Source: Nitrospinota bacterium (GTDB taxonomy: Bacteria > Nitrospinota > Nitrospinia > Nitrospinales > VA-1). From it: 64,000 bases of DNA. A model generated the notes under the pieces. That model was not told the origin of the DNA and made no database searches. It saw only the letters and a list, made by a program, of their open reading frames with translations. The DNA lies in contig JAOMDP010000002.1 of NCBI GenBank assembly GCA_028345515.1, positions 65,180-129,179 of the forward strand, given 5' to 3'. Both the position numbers and the translations under genes were made by a program. Of this stretch, positions 21,167 through 32,229 are shown piece after piece (positions within the stretch are counted from its first letter, which is position 1; each line of letters opens with the position of its first letter).

Positions 21167-22102
21167 TTGATAAGTAAGAGGTTATTTTTGAAGAAATACA
21201 TAAAAGAATTCAAAAATTATTTGGTAGCGGAAAAAAATGCTTCGCCCCATACTCTGGATAGTTACCTCAATGATATATTCCAGTTCGAGGAATTTTTAAA
21301 ACAGTCGGGACATGGTCTTGAGTCAGGCGCCCCTGAAATAACGTCGATAGATCGCTTAGCTGTTCGTTCCTATCTAGGCTTCTTATATGACAAAAAGTTA
21401 TCTGCTTCTTCCATGCGAAGAAAACTTTCCACATTAAGTTCCTTTTTCCGTTTTTTATGCCGCGAGGGCCACTTAAAGAATAATGTGGTTAAATCTATTC
21501 CTGCACCAAAAATGGAAAACAAACTTCCCACCTTTCTTTCTGTAGACGAAATGTTCCGTCTGATTGATTTACCTCAAGGAGATGGTTTTCTGGTTATTCG
21601 TGATCGTGCAATGCTTGAATTATTTTATAATACCGGGTTGAGAATCAGCGAATTGGTTTCTCTAAAGGTTATAGATATTGACCTTGTTACTCAAACTTTA
21701 AAAGTTCTTGGGAAAGGAAACAAAGAACGTCTACTTCCCTTCGGTCAAAAATGTTTAGAGGCATTGGGAAATTACAAAAAAGCTCGCTCTGATAAAATAG
21801 TGTCTGCAAAAACAAATACTGACTTCCTCTTTCTCAACCACCGTGGTAGAGGTATTTCAACCCGTGGAGTTAGAAAAATTATTGATAAGTATGTTACAAC
21901 AGGAAATTTCCCTGGAAAAGTTTCACCTCACTCCATTCGACACTCCTTTGCCACTCATCTACTAGAAAGTGGCGCCGACCTCCGGTCTATTCAGGAATTA
22001 CTGGGCCATGCAAGTCTTTCTACTACACAAAAATACACTCATCTGACAATCGACAAATTGTTAGAAACCTATGATCAAGCTCACCCCAGAGCAAAAGAAT
22101 AA
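21167..22102 (+). CDS. xerC: Tyrosine recombinase XerC/CodV-type
   Basis: SAM-like N-domain (HTLDSYLNDIFQFEEF). Catalytic RHSFATHLL...LLGHASLSTTQKYTH. Sits directly upstream of hslVU. An alternative TTG start lies at 21188. Confidence 0.9.
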   Translation: MISKRLFLKKYIKEFKNYLVAEKNASPHTLDSYLNDIFQFEEFLKQSGHGLESGAPEITSIDRLAVRSYLGFLYDKKLSASSMRRKLSTLSSFFRFLCREGHLKNNVVKSIPAPKMENKLPTFLSVDEMFRLIDLPQGDGFLVIRDRAMLELFYNTGLRISELVSLKVIDIDLVTQTLKVLGKGNKERLLPFGQKCLEALGNYKKARSDKIVSAKTNTDFLFLNHRGRGISTRGVRKIIDKYVTTGNFPGKVSPHSIRHSFATHLLESGADLRSIQELLGHASLSTTQKYTHLTIDKLLETYDQAHPRAKE

Positions 22103-22156
22103 ATCCTCTTTCAATAAAATCTTTATTTTTCTTACTTTACAAGTACAATAACTAAC

Positions 22157-22684
22157 ATGATGCATGCGACCACAATTTTAGCTGTACGCCATAAAGGCAA
22201 AATCGTTATGGGTGGAGATGGACAAGTGAGCCTTGGCAATACTGTCATGAAACATACTGCCAGTAAAGTAAGGCGAATATTTAATAATAAAGTAGTCGGA
22301 GGTTTTGCCGGTTCCACCGCCGATGCGTTCTCTCTGTTTAGTCGATTCGAGGAAAAACTAGAAAAATTTCAAGGTAACCTGTATCGATCCGCAGTCGAGA
22401 TGGCAAAAGACTGGCGAACCGATAAAATGTTACGCCGACTAGAGGCGATGCTAATTGTTGCCGACAAAGAAAACTTCCTTTTATTATCAGGTACTGGAGA
22501 TGTGATCGAACCTGATGATGAAATATTGGCGATTGGTTCCGGTGGAATGTTTGCACTTTCAGCAGCTAAGGCATTACTTGCACATAGTGATCTGTCTGCA
22601 CGTGAAATTGTTGAAGAGGCTATGAAAATTACTGAAACTATCTGCATATATACCAACGGTAATCTCACTATTGAAGAACTATAA
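22157..22684 (+). CDS. hslV: ATP-dependent protease subunit HslV (CodW-like)
   Basis: [35 protein letters not shown] 4-residue extension (MMHA) precedes the catalytic Thr. Confidence 0.95.
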   Translation: MMHATTILAVRHKGKIVMGGDGQVSLGNTVMKHTASKVRRIFNNKVVGGFAGSTADAFSLFSRFEEKLEKFQGNLYRSAVEMAKDWRTDKMLRRLEAMLIVADKENFLLLSGTGDVIEPDDEILAIGSGGMFALSAAKALLAHSDLSAREIVEEAMKITETICIYTNGNLTIEEL

Positions 22685-22687
22685 CGT

Positions 22688-24106
22688 ATGAACGAATTAA
22701 CAATGACTCAACCTGAAGAAAAATCAAATACCCCGGCAGGGGAATTTATGGCTTCCTTGACTCCGAAACAGATTGTAGAAGAGCTGGACAAGTTTATCGT
22801 AGGACAAAATAAAGCCAAGCGCGCTGTTGCAATTGCATTGAGAAATCGCTGGCGAAGGCAACAGCTACCCGACTCATTACGAGATGAGGTGGGGCCCAAA
22901 AATATTCTTATGATCGGCCCCACAGGGGTTGGAAAAACTGAAATCGCAAGACGGCTGGCTAAACTTGCCAAATCTCCTTTTATAAAAGTAGAAGCTTCTA
23001 AGTATACCGAAGTCGGTTATGTCGGGCGTGATGTCGAATCGATGATCCGAGATCTCGTCGAACTCAGCAAAACCATGGTTAAGGAGGAAATGCAGGTAGA
23101 GGTAAGGCAAAAAGCCCGTGAACAAGCAACTGAAGAATTACTCGATCTGCTTTTGCCGCCTCCACCGGGTCATTCCGGAAAAACAGACTTTAAATCTGAC
23201 CCTAATGGAAAACTACATTACGATCAAACTCGTGAAAAGTTTAAACAAATGCTTAAAGAAGGGCGTCTTGATGATCGAGAAGTGGATATCGATGTGACAG
23301 AAAAACGCCCTCCCATGATTGATGTTGTATCGGGTGCGGGAATGGAAGAAATGGGAAATAATTTAAAAGATATGCTCGGCTCAATCATGCCAAGCAAAAC
23401 AAAAAAACGCAAACTCCTAGTTCCCGAAGCTTTTAAAGTACTCTGCCAGGAAGAAGCAGAAAAGCTATTAGATGAAGACGCAATAATTCAGGAAGCATTA
23501 AAACGGGTGGCGCAAAACGGAATCGTCTTCATTGACGAAATAGATAAAATAACAGGTCGCTCAGGTCAAGGTACAAGCGGCCCAGATGTGTCTCGTGAAG
23601 GAGTGCAGCGAGACTTATTACCGATTGTCGAAGGTTCGTCTATAAATACTAAATACGGAATTGTAAAAACGGATCACATCCTTTTTGTTTCTGCGGGAGC
23701 TTTTCATTCCTCCAAACCTTCTGACTTGATTCCTGAATTCCAAGGGCGTTTTCCAATCCGAGTTGAGCTGGATTCGCTCACAAAAGAAGATTTTATTCAA
23801 ATCTTAACGGAACCTAAAAATGCATTAGTCAAGCAATATACCGCTCTGCTAAAAGCCGAAGATGTTCACTTAACTTTCAAAGAAGATGCAATTGACCAAA
23901 TTGCTGAAATGTCTGCACTGGTGAATTTACGAACTGAAAATATTGGTGCGCGACGTCTACAAACCATTATGGAAAAATTTTTGGAAGATATTTCTTTCGA
24001 TGCACCCGACCTTGAAGATAAAAATATCTCTATTGACGCATCTTATATTCGAGAAAAATTAAAAGACATTATTCAAGATGAAGATCTAAGTCGATATATT
24101 CTTTAA
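22688..24106 (+). CDS. hslU: ATP-dependent protease ATPase subunit HslU
   Basis: [17 protein letters not shown], Walker [26 protein letters not shown]. An alternative start at 22748 (MASLTPKQ) has an AGGGGAA RBS. Confidence 0.95.
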   Translation: MNELTMTQPEEKSNTPAGEFMASLTPKQIVEELDKFIVGQNKAKRAVAIALRNRWRRQQLPDSLRDEVGPKNILMIGPTGVGKTEIARRLAKLAKSPFIKVEASKYTEVGYVGRDVESMIRDLVELSKTMVKEEMQVEVRQKAREQATEELLDLLLPPPPGHSGKTDFKSDPNGKLHYDQTREKFKQMLKEGRLDDREVDIDVTEKRPPMIDVVSGAGMEEMGNNLKDMLGSIMPSKTKKRKLLVPEAFKVLCQEEAEKLLDEDAIIQEALKRVAQNGIVFIDEIDKITGRSGQGTSGPDVSREGVQRDLLPIVEGSSINTKYGIVKTDHILFVSAGAFHSSKPSDLIPEFQGRFPIRVELDSLTKEDFIQILTEPKNALVKQYTALLKAEDVHLTFKEDAIDQIAEMSALVNLRTENIGARRLQTIMEKFLEDISFDAPDLEDKNISIDASYIREKLKDIIQDEDLSRYIL

Positions 24107-24114
24107 AACCTATC

Positions 24115-25035
24115 GTGAAAAAACTTATCCAAAAAGCCGAAATCTTGTTGGAGGCGCTGCCTTTCATCAAAAAATTCTATGGTAAAACTTTCGTTATTAA
24201 ATACGGAGGTAATGCTATGGTTTCAGAGAATTTAAAAAATAACTTTGCTTTAGATATTGTTATGATGAAATACATTGGCATCAATCCGGTGATCGTTCAT
24301 GGAGGCGGTCCTCAAATCGACAAAACTTTGAAAGCACTAGGTATAAAATCTCAATTTTTTGAAGGCCAGCGTGTCACTAATAAGGAAACCATTGACGTCG
24401 TAGAAATGGTATTAGGAGGAAAAGTAAATAAAGAAATTGTTTCTCTTATCAATCGTCACGGTGGTAATGCAGTAGGCCTAACAGGAAAAGACGGAGATTT
24501 GATAACGGCTAAACGCCATAGCAAAGGCAAGAAACAATCTCCTGAAATGGATCATCCGGAAATCATTGATCTTGGCCTGGTAGGTGAAATCACTCAAGTG
24601 AATCCACGGATCTTGGAAACACTCGATAAAAACGAATTCGTACCGGTAATCGCACCTATTGGCAAAGGAGAAAACGGAGAAACTTTAAATATTAACGCAG
24701 ACTTCGTTGCTTCTAAAATTGCTTCAGCGCTTAAAGCTGAAAAACTTATTCTAATGACAGATACAGAAGGTGTGAAAAACAAAACCGGCAATCTACAATC
24801 AGGACTCACCAAAAAAGAAGTTGGGTCTATGATCAAAGAAAAAGTGATTAAAGATGGAATGCTCCCAAAAGCCAATTGCTGTCTCGATGCCCTAAAATCT
24901 GGCGTAAATAAAACCCATATCGTTGATGGACGAATTCAACATGCCTTATTACTGGAAATATTTACAGAAGACGGAATCGGCACACAAATCGTAGAGAAAA
25001 AATCTGACCTTGCACCCATTTCTACACCTGTATAA
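24115..25035 (+). CDS. argB: Acetylglutamate kinase
   Basis: [30 protein letters not shown] start. Confidence 0.95.
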   Translation: MKKLIQKAEILLEALPFIKKFYGKTFVIKYGGNAMVSENLKNNFALDIVMMKYIGINPVIVHGGGPQIDKTLKALGIKSQFFEGQRVTNKETIDVVEMVLGGKVNKEIVSLINRHGGNAVGLTGKDGDLITAKRHSKGKKQSPEMDHPEIIDLGLVGEITQVNPRILETLDKNEFVPVIAPIGKGENGETLNINADFVASKIASALKAEKLILMTDTEGVKNKTGNLQSGLTKKEVGSMIKEKVIKDGMLPKANCCLDALKSGVNKTHIVDGRIQHALLLEIFTEDGIGTQIVEKKSDLAPISTPV

Positions 25036-25152
25036 ATCCAGTTTCCGTTATTAACTAATAATATCGCAAAGTATTGACATTAAATTTTTGGGTTGATAAC
25101 TTACTCTAAAGGGTTTAAGTCGAAATATAATTACTATAAATAATAGATTTTT

Positions 25153-26208
25153 ATGAACACACCGATGCTCGATGAACGAAGTAAATCGATACTTCTGGCA
25201 ATTATCGACAAATACATTGAAAGTGCGGAACCCGTTGGTTCAAAAACCATTGCGAAATTTCACCCCAAGCATTTAAGTTCAGCAACAATCAGAAATGCTA
25301 TGGCCGAATTAGAAAATAATGGTTTTTTAAGTCAACCACATACCTCTGCCGGTCGCATTCCCACTGACAAAGGATACCGTTTCTATGTAGACCATCTCTT
25401 ACGCCCACAAAATTTCTTAATGGAAGCAGAAATTCTTTCAGAAACACGACCTTTTGAATACACCCCGGGAAAAGAAAACTTACAAAGTGTATTGGAAAAG
25501 GCTTGCGATAATTTGTCTACAGGATCCCAGCAAACAGGCCTGGTTATGCTCCCTGGCTTCTCAACGACCTGCTTCAAACATATAGAGTTTACAAAAATAA
25601 CGCCTCAGACTGCCCTGGCTGTGTTTTTCTCAGAACACGGAATATTGCAAAATAAAATCCTCCCAATAAACGCAGATTTAACGCAGGATCAACTCACTTC
25701 TATTTCCAATTATTTAAATGATGAATTCAGTGGGAAACCCATTAAATGGATTCGTAATGAGCTTTTAAGACGTTTGAGGCTCGAAAAAGCGCATTACAAT
25801 GAACTGGCTCAAAAAGCGCATGACCTTTCTGCCGCCTTATTTAAGGATTCCAACAATGAACTAATAGTGCAAGGAGCTTTAAATCTTCTTGATCAACCGG
25901 AATTTAATGAAGATATAGAAAAGATTAAAACATTATTGACAACCCTCGAAGAAAAAACCAAGTTAATAAATTTACTGGATTTATGCTTGGATCATGAGGG
26001 TATGACCATTCTTATTGGCGAAGAAAACTTGCAAGAAGAAATGGGTAATTGCAGCTTGATTGCTCAGAACTACCAGCTGGGAACAGAAAAAGTAGGAACC
26101 TTGGCTGTATTCGGTTCAAAAAGAATGGACTATAAAAAAATCATCTCAATTGTAAATCATACCGCGCGAATGGTATCAAAATTAATTTCAGAAAATCAAG
26201 GAGTATAA
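25153..26208 (+). CDS. hrcA: Heat-inducible transcriptional repressor HrcA
   Basis: LDERSKSILLAIIDKYIESAEPVGSKTI, AELENNGFLSQPHTSAGRIPTDKGYRFYVD. Followed by grpE. Confidence 0.95.
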   Translation: MNTPMLDERSKSILLAIIDKYIESAEPVGSKTIAKFHPKHLSSATIRNAMAELENNGFLSQPHTSAGRIPTDKGYRFYVDHLLRPQNFLMEAEILSETRPFEYTPGKENLQSVLEKACDNLSTGSQQTGLVMLPGFSTTCFKHIEFTKITPQTALAVFFSEHGILQNKILPINADLTQDQLTSISNYLNDEFSGKPIKWIRNELLRRLRLEKAHYNELAQKAHDLSAALFKDSNNELIVQGALNLLDQPEFNEDIEKIKTLLTTLEEKTKLINLLDLCLDHEGMTILIGEENLQEEMGNCSLIAQNYQLGTEKVGTLAVFGSKRMDYKKIISIVNHTARMVSKLISENQGV

Positions 26209-26217
26209 AAAAGCTTT

Positions 26218-26835
26218 ATGACAACGAAGACTGATAACGACCAGGATGAGGTAGAGCCTGAAGAAGAATTAGAAGAGAAACTAGAAGAAGACTCTGTTGA
26301 AGAAGAAGAGGCTGTCAAGAAAGAAGAAGCTAAAGAATTGAGCCCTCTCGAACAACTCGAAGAACAAATTCGCTTAAAGGATGAAGAAATTTTAAAACAA
26401 AAAGATACCTTCCTTCGTGAAAAAGCTGAACTTGAAAACTTCAAAAAACGACTTACCAAAGAAAAAGAAGACTTTGTCCAGTTTGCAAATGAACGTTTAC
26501 TCAAAGAACTGTTACAAATAGAAGATAACTTGGAAAGGGCTATGGCAGCACCCAATGCAACCCTTGAAAGCCTTAAAGAAGGCGTCGAGATGATCCAAAA
26601 ACAATTCAAGGATTTTCTTAAAAATCAAAAGGTTGAAGCCATCGAAGCACTTGGAAAACCTTTCGACCCCAATTTACACGAGGTTTTAAACCAGCAGGAA
26701 TCCGAAGAACATGAAGAAAATACGGTAATCGAAGAATATTCTAAGGGATTTACTCTAAATGGAAGAATACTTCGGTCTGCCAAAGTAGTGATCTCTAAAA
26801 AACCTGCGGAGAAGAACGAAGATGAAAATTCTTAA
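26218..26835 (+). CDS. grpE: Nucleotide exchange factor GrpE
   Basis: Acidic N-terminus, FLREKAELENFKKR, GKPFDPNLHEV, RILRSAKVVIS. Confidence 0.95.
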   Translation: MTTKTDNDQDEVEPEEELEEKLEEDSVEEEEAVKKEEAKELSPLEQLEEQIRLKDEEILKQKDTFLREKAELENFKKRLTKEKEDFVQFANERLLKELLQIEDNLERAMAAPNATLESLKEGVEMIQKQFKDFLKNQKVEAIEALGKPFDPNLHEVLNQQESEEHEENTVIEEYSKGFTLNGRILRSAKVVISKKPAEKNEDENS

Positions 26836-26934
26836 ATTCTTCGTCTAATCACTTTATTTAAAATCCAACCTTTTCCTGATCGAGTTTTAAAAAAAAGATC
26901 CTACTAACAAAGATTGGTTAAAATTTATTAACCT

Positions 26935-27753
26935 ATGCCCGAACTACCTGAAGTAGAAACTCTTCGTCGCTCGCTTTTACCTCTAGTTAAAAACAAAGTT
27001 TGCCAAGCAGTAAAATTTTTTCGTAAAGATATTCGATTTCCTATCCCCCAGGAATCCTTGGTAAAAGGCCTAACCAACAATGAGGTTCAAGACATCAGCC
27101 GGCAAGGCAAGTATCTTTTGTTTCATGTGCCTGAAGGGTTCATGCTGTTACATTTAGGGATGAGCGGCAGAGTCACATTACAATCTACTCTTGAACCTCA
27201 AGAAAAACATACGCATGCCGTTTTTTGGTTTTCAGAAAAAACCTATTTACATTTTATCGACCCTCGACGTTTTGGGAGCATTTCATGGGTACCCTTATCT
27301 GGAAAACACCCGTTGATAGATAATCTGGGTTGTGATCCTTTCTCCGAGAAAATGAATGCCAAAACCATGAAATTTCTTGCAAGAAAAAGCCGGGCTCCCA
27401 TTAAATCTTTTATTATGAACTCACAGAAAGTAACAGGGGTGGGAAATATTTATGCTTGCGAATCCCTTTTTCATGCAGGAATACGGCCACAAAAACAATC
27501 AGGAAAAGTCACATTAGCTCAATGGGAGAAATGGATTAAATGCCTTCGAGACATTCTCACCAAAAGTATTACCCGAGGAGGTACCACCTTGCGTGATTTT
27601 TTTGATCCCAGTGGATCTCAAGGTTATTTTTCTGTAAGCCTCTCAGTATATGGAAAAGAAAATGAACCTTGTCCAAAATGCTCCCGCCCTATAACCCGTC
27701 ATGTTCATTCAGGTCGCTCTACTTTTTTTTGCAAAGTTTGCCAGCCAGCATGA
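26935..27753 (+). CDS. mutM: Formamidopyrimidine-DNA glycosylase
   Basis: MPELPEVE N-terminus, H2TH region, C-terminal zinc finger CPKC...CKVC. Confidence 0.95.
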   Translation: MPELPEVETLRRSLLPLVKNKVCQAVKFFRKDIRFPIPQESLVKGLTNNEVQDISRQGKYLLFHVPEGFMLLHLGMSGRVTLQSTLEPQEKHTHAVFWFSEKTYLHFIDPRRFGSISWVPLSGKHPLIDNLGCDPFSEKMNAKTMKFLARKSRAPIKSFIMNSQKVTGVGNIYACESLFHAGIRPQKQSGKVTLAQWEKWIKCLRDILTKSITRGGTTLRDFFDPSGSQGYFSVSLSVYGKENEPCPKCSRPITRHVHSGRSTFFCKVCQPA

Positions 27754-27867
27754 TCTTTTACTTATCGACAAGCATACAAAACCTAAAGCTAATAGAATAA
27801 TTTAATCCTTTCTATTCGATCGATTTTTGGCGAAAATAAAACCCTTTACTCTTAAAAGAGGTTTGAT

Positions 27868-29505
27868 TTGCAGCACTCAATAGGACTAATAACCTTAAAC
27901 GCTAAATTTATTCACGCATCATTAGGGCTTAGGTATCTAAGAAATGTGGCACGTGATGAAGGACATAAAAATGTTTGGATCAAAGAGTTTGTCATCAACC
28001 AACCGGTTTGGAAAATAGCTTCAGAAATCCAAAAACTAAAGCCAGATATTCTAGGAATAGGTATCTACATTTGGAATCGAAATCAAAGCTTCGAGCTAAT
28101 AGAACGACTGCAAAAACAAAATCCAAATTTAAAAATTGTCATCGGGGGGCCTGAGGTATCTTTTGAAACTGAAACATCCATCAAACGCCCTATCATTTCT
28201 GGTGAAGGTGAAAAAAAATGGCTGGAATATTTAGAAATAACCTGCAAGGGGCAAGTTCCTTCAGAAGAGGTTTTGAATCGCTGGAAAACTTATGGAGTAG
28301 ATCTCCCTGACCTTTCTCCTGGCTATATCGAAGAAGATTACGAGCAACTTAATAACCGTATCGTATATTTTGAAACATCGAGAGGCTGCCCCTACCTTTG
28401 TTCATTCTGTCTTTCAGCTCTCGACAAAACTGTTCGCTATTTTGACGACAAAGTTATCCACAAACAAATAGAAGGTTTAGTAAAAGCCAACGTTAAAAAA
28501 TTTAAATTTGTTGACCGCACTTTTAATCTCAAACCCAGTCGGATGCAAGATCTTATGAAATGGCTGTCTCAATTTAACGGTTGCGAATTTCATTTCGAAG
28601 TCGTCGGCGATATTCTCACCCCCAGTATTTTAAAATTTCTAAACACCGTTCCACCCGGAATGTTTCAGTTCGAAATCGGAATTCAAACCACCGATATAGT
28701 TGTCCAGGACAATATTCAAAGAAAACAAAATAACAAAAGGTTATTTGAAATTATAAAAACACTGGTGGAGCAAGATCGAATTCATTTTCATTGTGACCTC
28801 ATATTTGGTCTTCCTGGTGAAAATATGGAAAAAATATTGAACTCGTTTAAACAGGTCATTTCCCTTCTCCCTCACGAATTACAATTAGGTTTTTTAAAGT
28901 TTCTTCCCGGTGCTCCAATAAAAGATTCCATCTCTTTATATGAATACCAATATCAATCCACGCCACCTTATGAGCTGATTTCCAACAAAGATCTTGGTGC
29001 AGACGAAATTGACTACTTGAAAAAATTTGTAGATATTTTTGATCGTTTCTATAATTCAAAACGGTTTCGATTTTCAATTACGCATCTTTTATTAGAAATG
29101 GATGCGGTAACACTATTCAACAAGTTATTGCATTACCACGACTCAAGAGGGATATTTATGAATCCTGTATCTCTGGATGAACAATATAGAATTTTTCAGG
29201 AAACATTTTTTCATACTGTCTCCAGTGAAAATAAAGACCTGCTGAAGCTGGACTATCTGTATTCCCAGCGGTCATATAGGCTTCCAGCTTTCCTATCGGA
29301 AAAATCTGCTTACCCAAGAAAAACGTGGCAGAAAGACCGAAAAACCCCAATCACTTCTTTTATGCATACAATTGAAATTTCAGGTTCTCAAGCCCATTTA
29401 AAATCCATGAAACATCCTGTATACTACGCCATCGCGCACTCAAATAATGGGGATGGATATTTTAATCGCCCCGTACTAAATCGGATTATAGAGCCGGGAA
29501 TATAA
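27868..29505 (+). CDS. B12-binding-domain radical SAM protein with DUF4080-like C-terminus
   Basis: N-terminal cobalamin-binding-like domain, radical SAM cluster motif SRGCPYLCSFC. 545 aa. TTG start. Confidence 0.8.
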   Translation: MQHSIGLITLNAKFIHASLGLRYLRNVARDEGHKNVWIKEFVINQPVWKIASEIQKLKPDILGIGIYIWNRNQSFELIERLQKQNPNLKIVIGGPEVSFETETSIKRPIISGEGEKKWLEYLEITCKGQVPSEEVLNRWKTYGVDLPDLSPGYIEEDYEQLNNRIVYFETSRGCPYLCSFCLSALDKTVRYFDDKVIHKQIEGLVKANVKKFKFVDRTFNLKPSRMQDLMKWLSQFNGCEFHFEVVGDILTPSILKFLNTVPPGMFQFEIGIQTTDIVVQDNIQRKQNNKRLFEIIKTLVEQDRIHFHCDLIFGLPGENMEKILNSFKQVISLLPHELQLGFLKFLPGAPIKDSISLYEYQYQSTPPYELISNKDLGADEIDYLKKFVDIFDRFYNSKRFRFSITHLLLEMDAVTLFNKLLHYHDSRGIFMNPVSLDEQYRIFQETFFHTVSSENKDLLKLDYLYSQRSYRLPAFLSEKSAYPRKTWQKDRKTPITSFMHTIEISGSQAHLKSMKHPVYYAIAHSNNGDGYFNRPVLNRIIEPGI

Positions 29506-29587
29506 TCAGACTTTCAACCATCTTATATAAACAAAACTGTGTCCCCAGTGGCAACGATTTCATTATTTATTAATTAAGGAATTATTG

Positions 29588-31276
29588 ATGTCTCAAAAAT
29601 CTCAATCATTAAACTCTAAAAGCCAAGTAGTAACACAAGGAGACAGACGTGCACCTAATCGAGCTATGCTTCGGGCTGTAGGGTTTTCGGATGATGATTT
29701 TCAGAAACCTATTGTCGGTGTTGCAAACGGACAAAGTGATATTACTCCCTGTAATGCTGGACTGGGAAAACTAGCAGATATTGCAGCCGATCAAATTCGT
29801 AAAGAAGGAGGGATGCCACAAACATTCGGCACCATAACCATAAGCGATGGCATTTCCATGGGAACAGAAGGCATGAAATGTTCCCTCATTAGTCGGGATG
29901 TTATTGCCGATTCTATTGAGACTGTTTGCCTTGGCGCTAGTATGGATGCGGTTATTTGCATCGGTGGGTGTGACAAAAATATGCCAGGAGCCATGCTGGG
30001 TATGGCAAGACTTAATATCCCTGGAATTTTTGTCTATGGAGGGACTATCAAACCTGGCCATCTAGATGGTAAGGATCTTACAGTGGTCAGTGTTTTTGAA
30101 GCAGTGGGTCAGTTCGGTGCGGGAACCATCGATAAAAATCAACTTACTGCAATCGAAAAGAATGCCTGCCCCGGATTTGGTTCTTGTGGTGGGATGTACA
30201 CTGCTAACACGATGTCCTCTGCATTCGAAGCTATGGGAATGAGCTTACCTTATAGTTCAACAATGGCAAATGAAGATAAAGAAAAGGAACTCAATACAGG
30301 ACTCTGCGCAATAACACTTATGAACATGATAAAGCAGAATATCCTTCCTCGCGATATAATGACCCGAAAAGCCTTTGAAAATGCCATCGCAGTTATTATG
30401 GCCATTGGTGGATCCACCAATGCCGTACTGCATTTACTCGCCATCGCGCACTCCGCTGATGTAAATTTGACCATCGATGATTTTGAATCTATTCGAAAAA
30501 AAATTCCTCTTTTATGTGATTTGAAACCCTCAGGACAATACGTAGCTGTTGACTTGCATCATGCCGGAGGAATCCCGCAAGTAATGAAAATGATGCTAAA
30601 CGCAGGAATGATTCATGGGGATTGCCTTACGGTCACAGGTAAAACAGTCAAAGAAAACTTAGAAGATATTCCTGATCAACCTCTTGCAAACCAGAATGTC
30701 ATTCTTCCTATTAATAAACCCAAGTCAACAGAGGGACACTTGGTAGTTTTAAAAGGCAACCTTTGTGCGGAGGGTGCTATTGCAAAAGTATCTGGAGTAA
30801 AAACTCGTAAAATTACCGGGCCGGCAAAAGTTTTTGATTCTGAAGAAGAATGTCTCGATGCGATTCTTGAAGACCGCATAAAAGCAGGTGATGTTGTTAT
30901 CATACGCTTTGAAGGGCCTAAAGGTGGGCCAGGAATGCGGGAAATGCTGGCACCGACCGCTGCTATTGTAGGCAAAGGGTTAGGCGATAAAGTTGCACTT
31001 ATCACGGATGGTCGTTTTTCCGGGGGGACCTATGGGATTGTTATTGGTCACGTGGCTCCAGAAGCACAAGTAGGTGGAAACCTTGCTTTATTGGAAAATG
31101 GCGACATTATAAATATCGATATTGAAAAAAATAGAGTAGATGTTGAGTTAACGAATGAAGAACTCGATAAACGAAGAAATAAGTTTTCACCAAAAGAGAT
31201 TAAGTACAAAAAAGGTGTACTAGCTAAATATGCCAAGGTTGTTAGTTCTGCCAGTAAGGGTGCCGTTACGGATTAA
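29588..31276 (+). CDS. ilvD: Dihydroxy-acid dehydratase
   Basis: [53 protein letters not shown] at 29588 (the track's TTG is at 29585). Confidence 0.95.
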   Translation: MSQKSQSLNSKSQVVTQGDRRAPNRAMLRAVGFSDDDFQKPIVGVANGQSDITPCNAGLGKLADIAADQIRKEGGMPQTFGTITISDGISMGTEGMKCSLISRDVIADSIETVCLGASMDAVICIGGCDKNMPGAMLGMARLNIPGIFVYGGTIKPGHLDGKDLTVVSVFEAVGQFGAGTIDKNQLTAIEKNACPGFGSCGGMYTANTMSSAFEAMGMSLPYSSTMANEDKEKELNTGLCAITLMNMIKQNILPRDIMTRKAFENAIAVIMAIGGSTNAVLHLLAIAHSADVNLTIDDFESIRKKIPLLCDLKPSGQYVAVDLHHAGGIPQVMKMMLNAGMIHGDCLTVTGKTVKENLEDIPDQPLANQNVILPINKPKSTEGHLVVLKGNLCAEGAIAKVSGVKTRKITGPAKVFDSEEECLDAILEDRIKAGDVVIIRFEGPKGGPGMREMLAPTAAIVGKGLGDKVALITDGRFSGGTYGIVIGHVAPEAQVGGNLALLENGDIINIDIEKNRVDVELTNEELDKRRNKFSPKEIKYKKGVLAKYAKVVSSASKGAVTD

Positions 31277-31281
31277 CAAAT

Positions 31282-32229
31282 ATGGATTATAAAACTCTTG
31301 CTGGACATCTTTACTCCCAAAACCAACGAATCAATCTCTATTATCTGCATAACCTTTTCAAAGAAGTGTCATCGCACATCTCTTCAGAGATGCAAGAAAA
31401 ATATGGTCTGGATATTCCCATCACTGCTGGAATGTGGGGCGGTTCTTATATGGTCGCCTTGAATGATGGAGAAGCTAGGACTAATGTAGTCCGTCTTTAC
31501 TCTATTGTCAGCCTACCCCAAAACAGTCCCTTGGATGAAAAAGATAATTTTGAACGCCTAATGGAACTTTACCAACAGAACTTAAAAAAAAATTTTGGGC
31601 GATATGGTTTAAATCTAGCTAACCCAAAGTGGGGCGAAATCATCCCCTATTCTAACAAAGTCCGTCCCACAACCGCGTTGCAGATGTGGGATACGAACGG
31701 CAAGGCAAATTTCATAAGAGTATTTTTCGTATGGAACCAGGCCAGTTGGGAAGAATCCATTATTTACGATATGATCCGTAACATAAAAACATTAAAGGAG
31801 CTTTTAAATTTAAATATCCGCCCACCCAAAAAGGAAATGTCTGAATTAAAATTTCTTCTCCAGGATGTCTTAATAACCTATAAAACTTTACATGCCGCAT
31901 TGACACCTGATTTTATTGAACACGCAGAACCTATTATTCAGAATTTATTCGATAAGTTTGTAAAAGGATTACATTCTGAGGAAAGTGTCGAAGAGCAATA
32001 CCATCGCGTTTATTCCTCCGCATTGGTATATGGTTTCGAGGAAGCTTTACTTGAACCCTACAAAAAGGATAACCTGGATATTCAAAATGTAGAGAATTGG
32101 CCAGTCGAAAAAATCAATTATGTTCCAGTCGAATTAAAAGAAAAATTGATACCTGCCCTTCAGGCTCCATGGAAAAAATTTCAAATGACCCTGGAAAATA
32201 AATACCGCCAGGCAAATTCGGTTAACTGA
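31282..32229 (+). CDS. Hypothetical protein, probably co-transcribed with ilvD
   Basis: 315-aa ORF starting 5 nt after the ilvD stop. No family recognised. Confidence 0.55.
   Translation: MDYKTLAGHLYSQNQRINLYYLHNLFKEVSSHISSEMQEKYGLDIPITAGMWGGSYMVALNDGEARTNVVRLYSIVSLPQNSPLDEKDNFERLMELYQQNLKKNFGRYGLNLANPKWGEIIPYSNKVRPTTALQMWDTNGKANFIRVFFVWNQASWEESIIYDMIRNIKTLKELLNLNIRPPKKEMSELKFLLQDVLITYKTLHAALTPDFIEHAEPIIQNLFDKFVKGLHSEESVEEQYHRVYSSALVYGFEEALLEPYKKDNLDIQNVENWPVEKINYVPVELKEKLIPALQAPWKKFQMTLENKYRQANSVN

Noticed and set aside
21167-22102. Tyrosine recombinase as a marker of a prophage or integrative element
   Set aside because: It has a XerC/XerD-type N-terminal domain and conserved position directly upstream of hslVU (codV-like). 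There are no flanking phage genes, att repeats or adjacent tRNA, so it is a housekeeping dimer-resolution recombinase.
25036-25152. Expected CIRCE operator (TTAGCACTC-N9-GAGTGCTAA) upstream of hrcA-grpE
   Set aside because: I read the spacer on both strands and found no CIRCE-like inverted repeat. Only a TTGACA -35-like hexamer is present at 25074-25079. The CIRCE sites are probably at groES/dnaK loci outside this window.
26196-26609. 137-aa Ser-rich ORF antisense to grpE
   Set aside because: It is the reverse-complement shadow of the Glu/Lys-rich GAA/GAG-repeat N-terminus of GrpE. It is low complexity, has no RBS and lies fully inside a confident gene.
27754-27867. Possible cobalamin riboswitch ahead of the B12-binding radical SAM gene
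   Set aside because: The spacer is only 114 nt, is AT-rich and has no B12-box-like sequence.
29771-31236. Minus-strand ORFs inside ilvD
   Set aside because: They are antisense shadows of a highly conserved gene.
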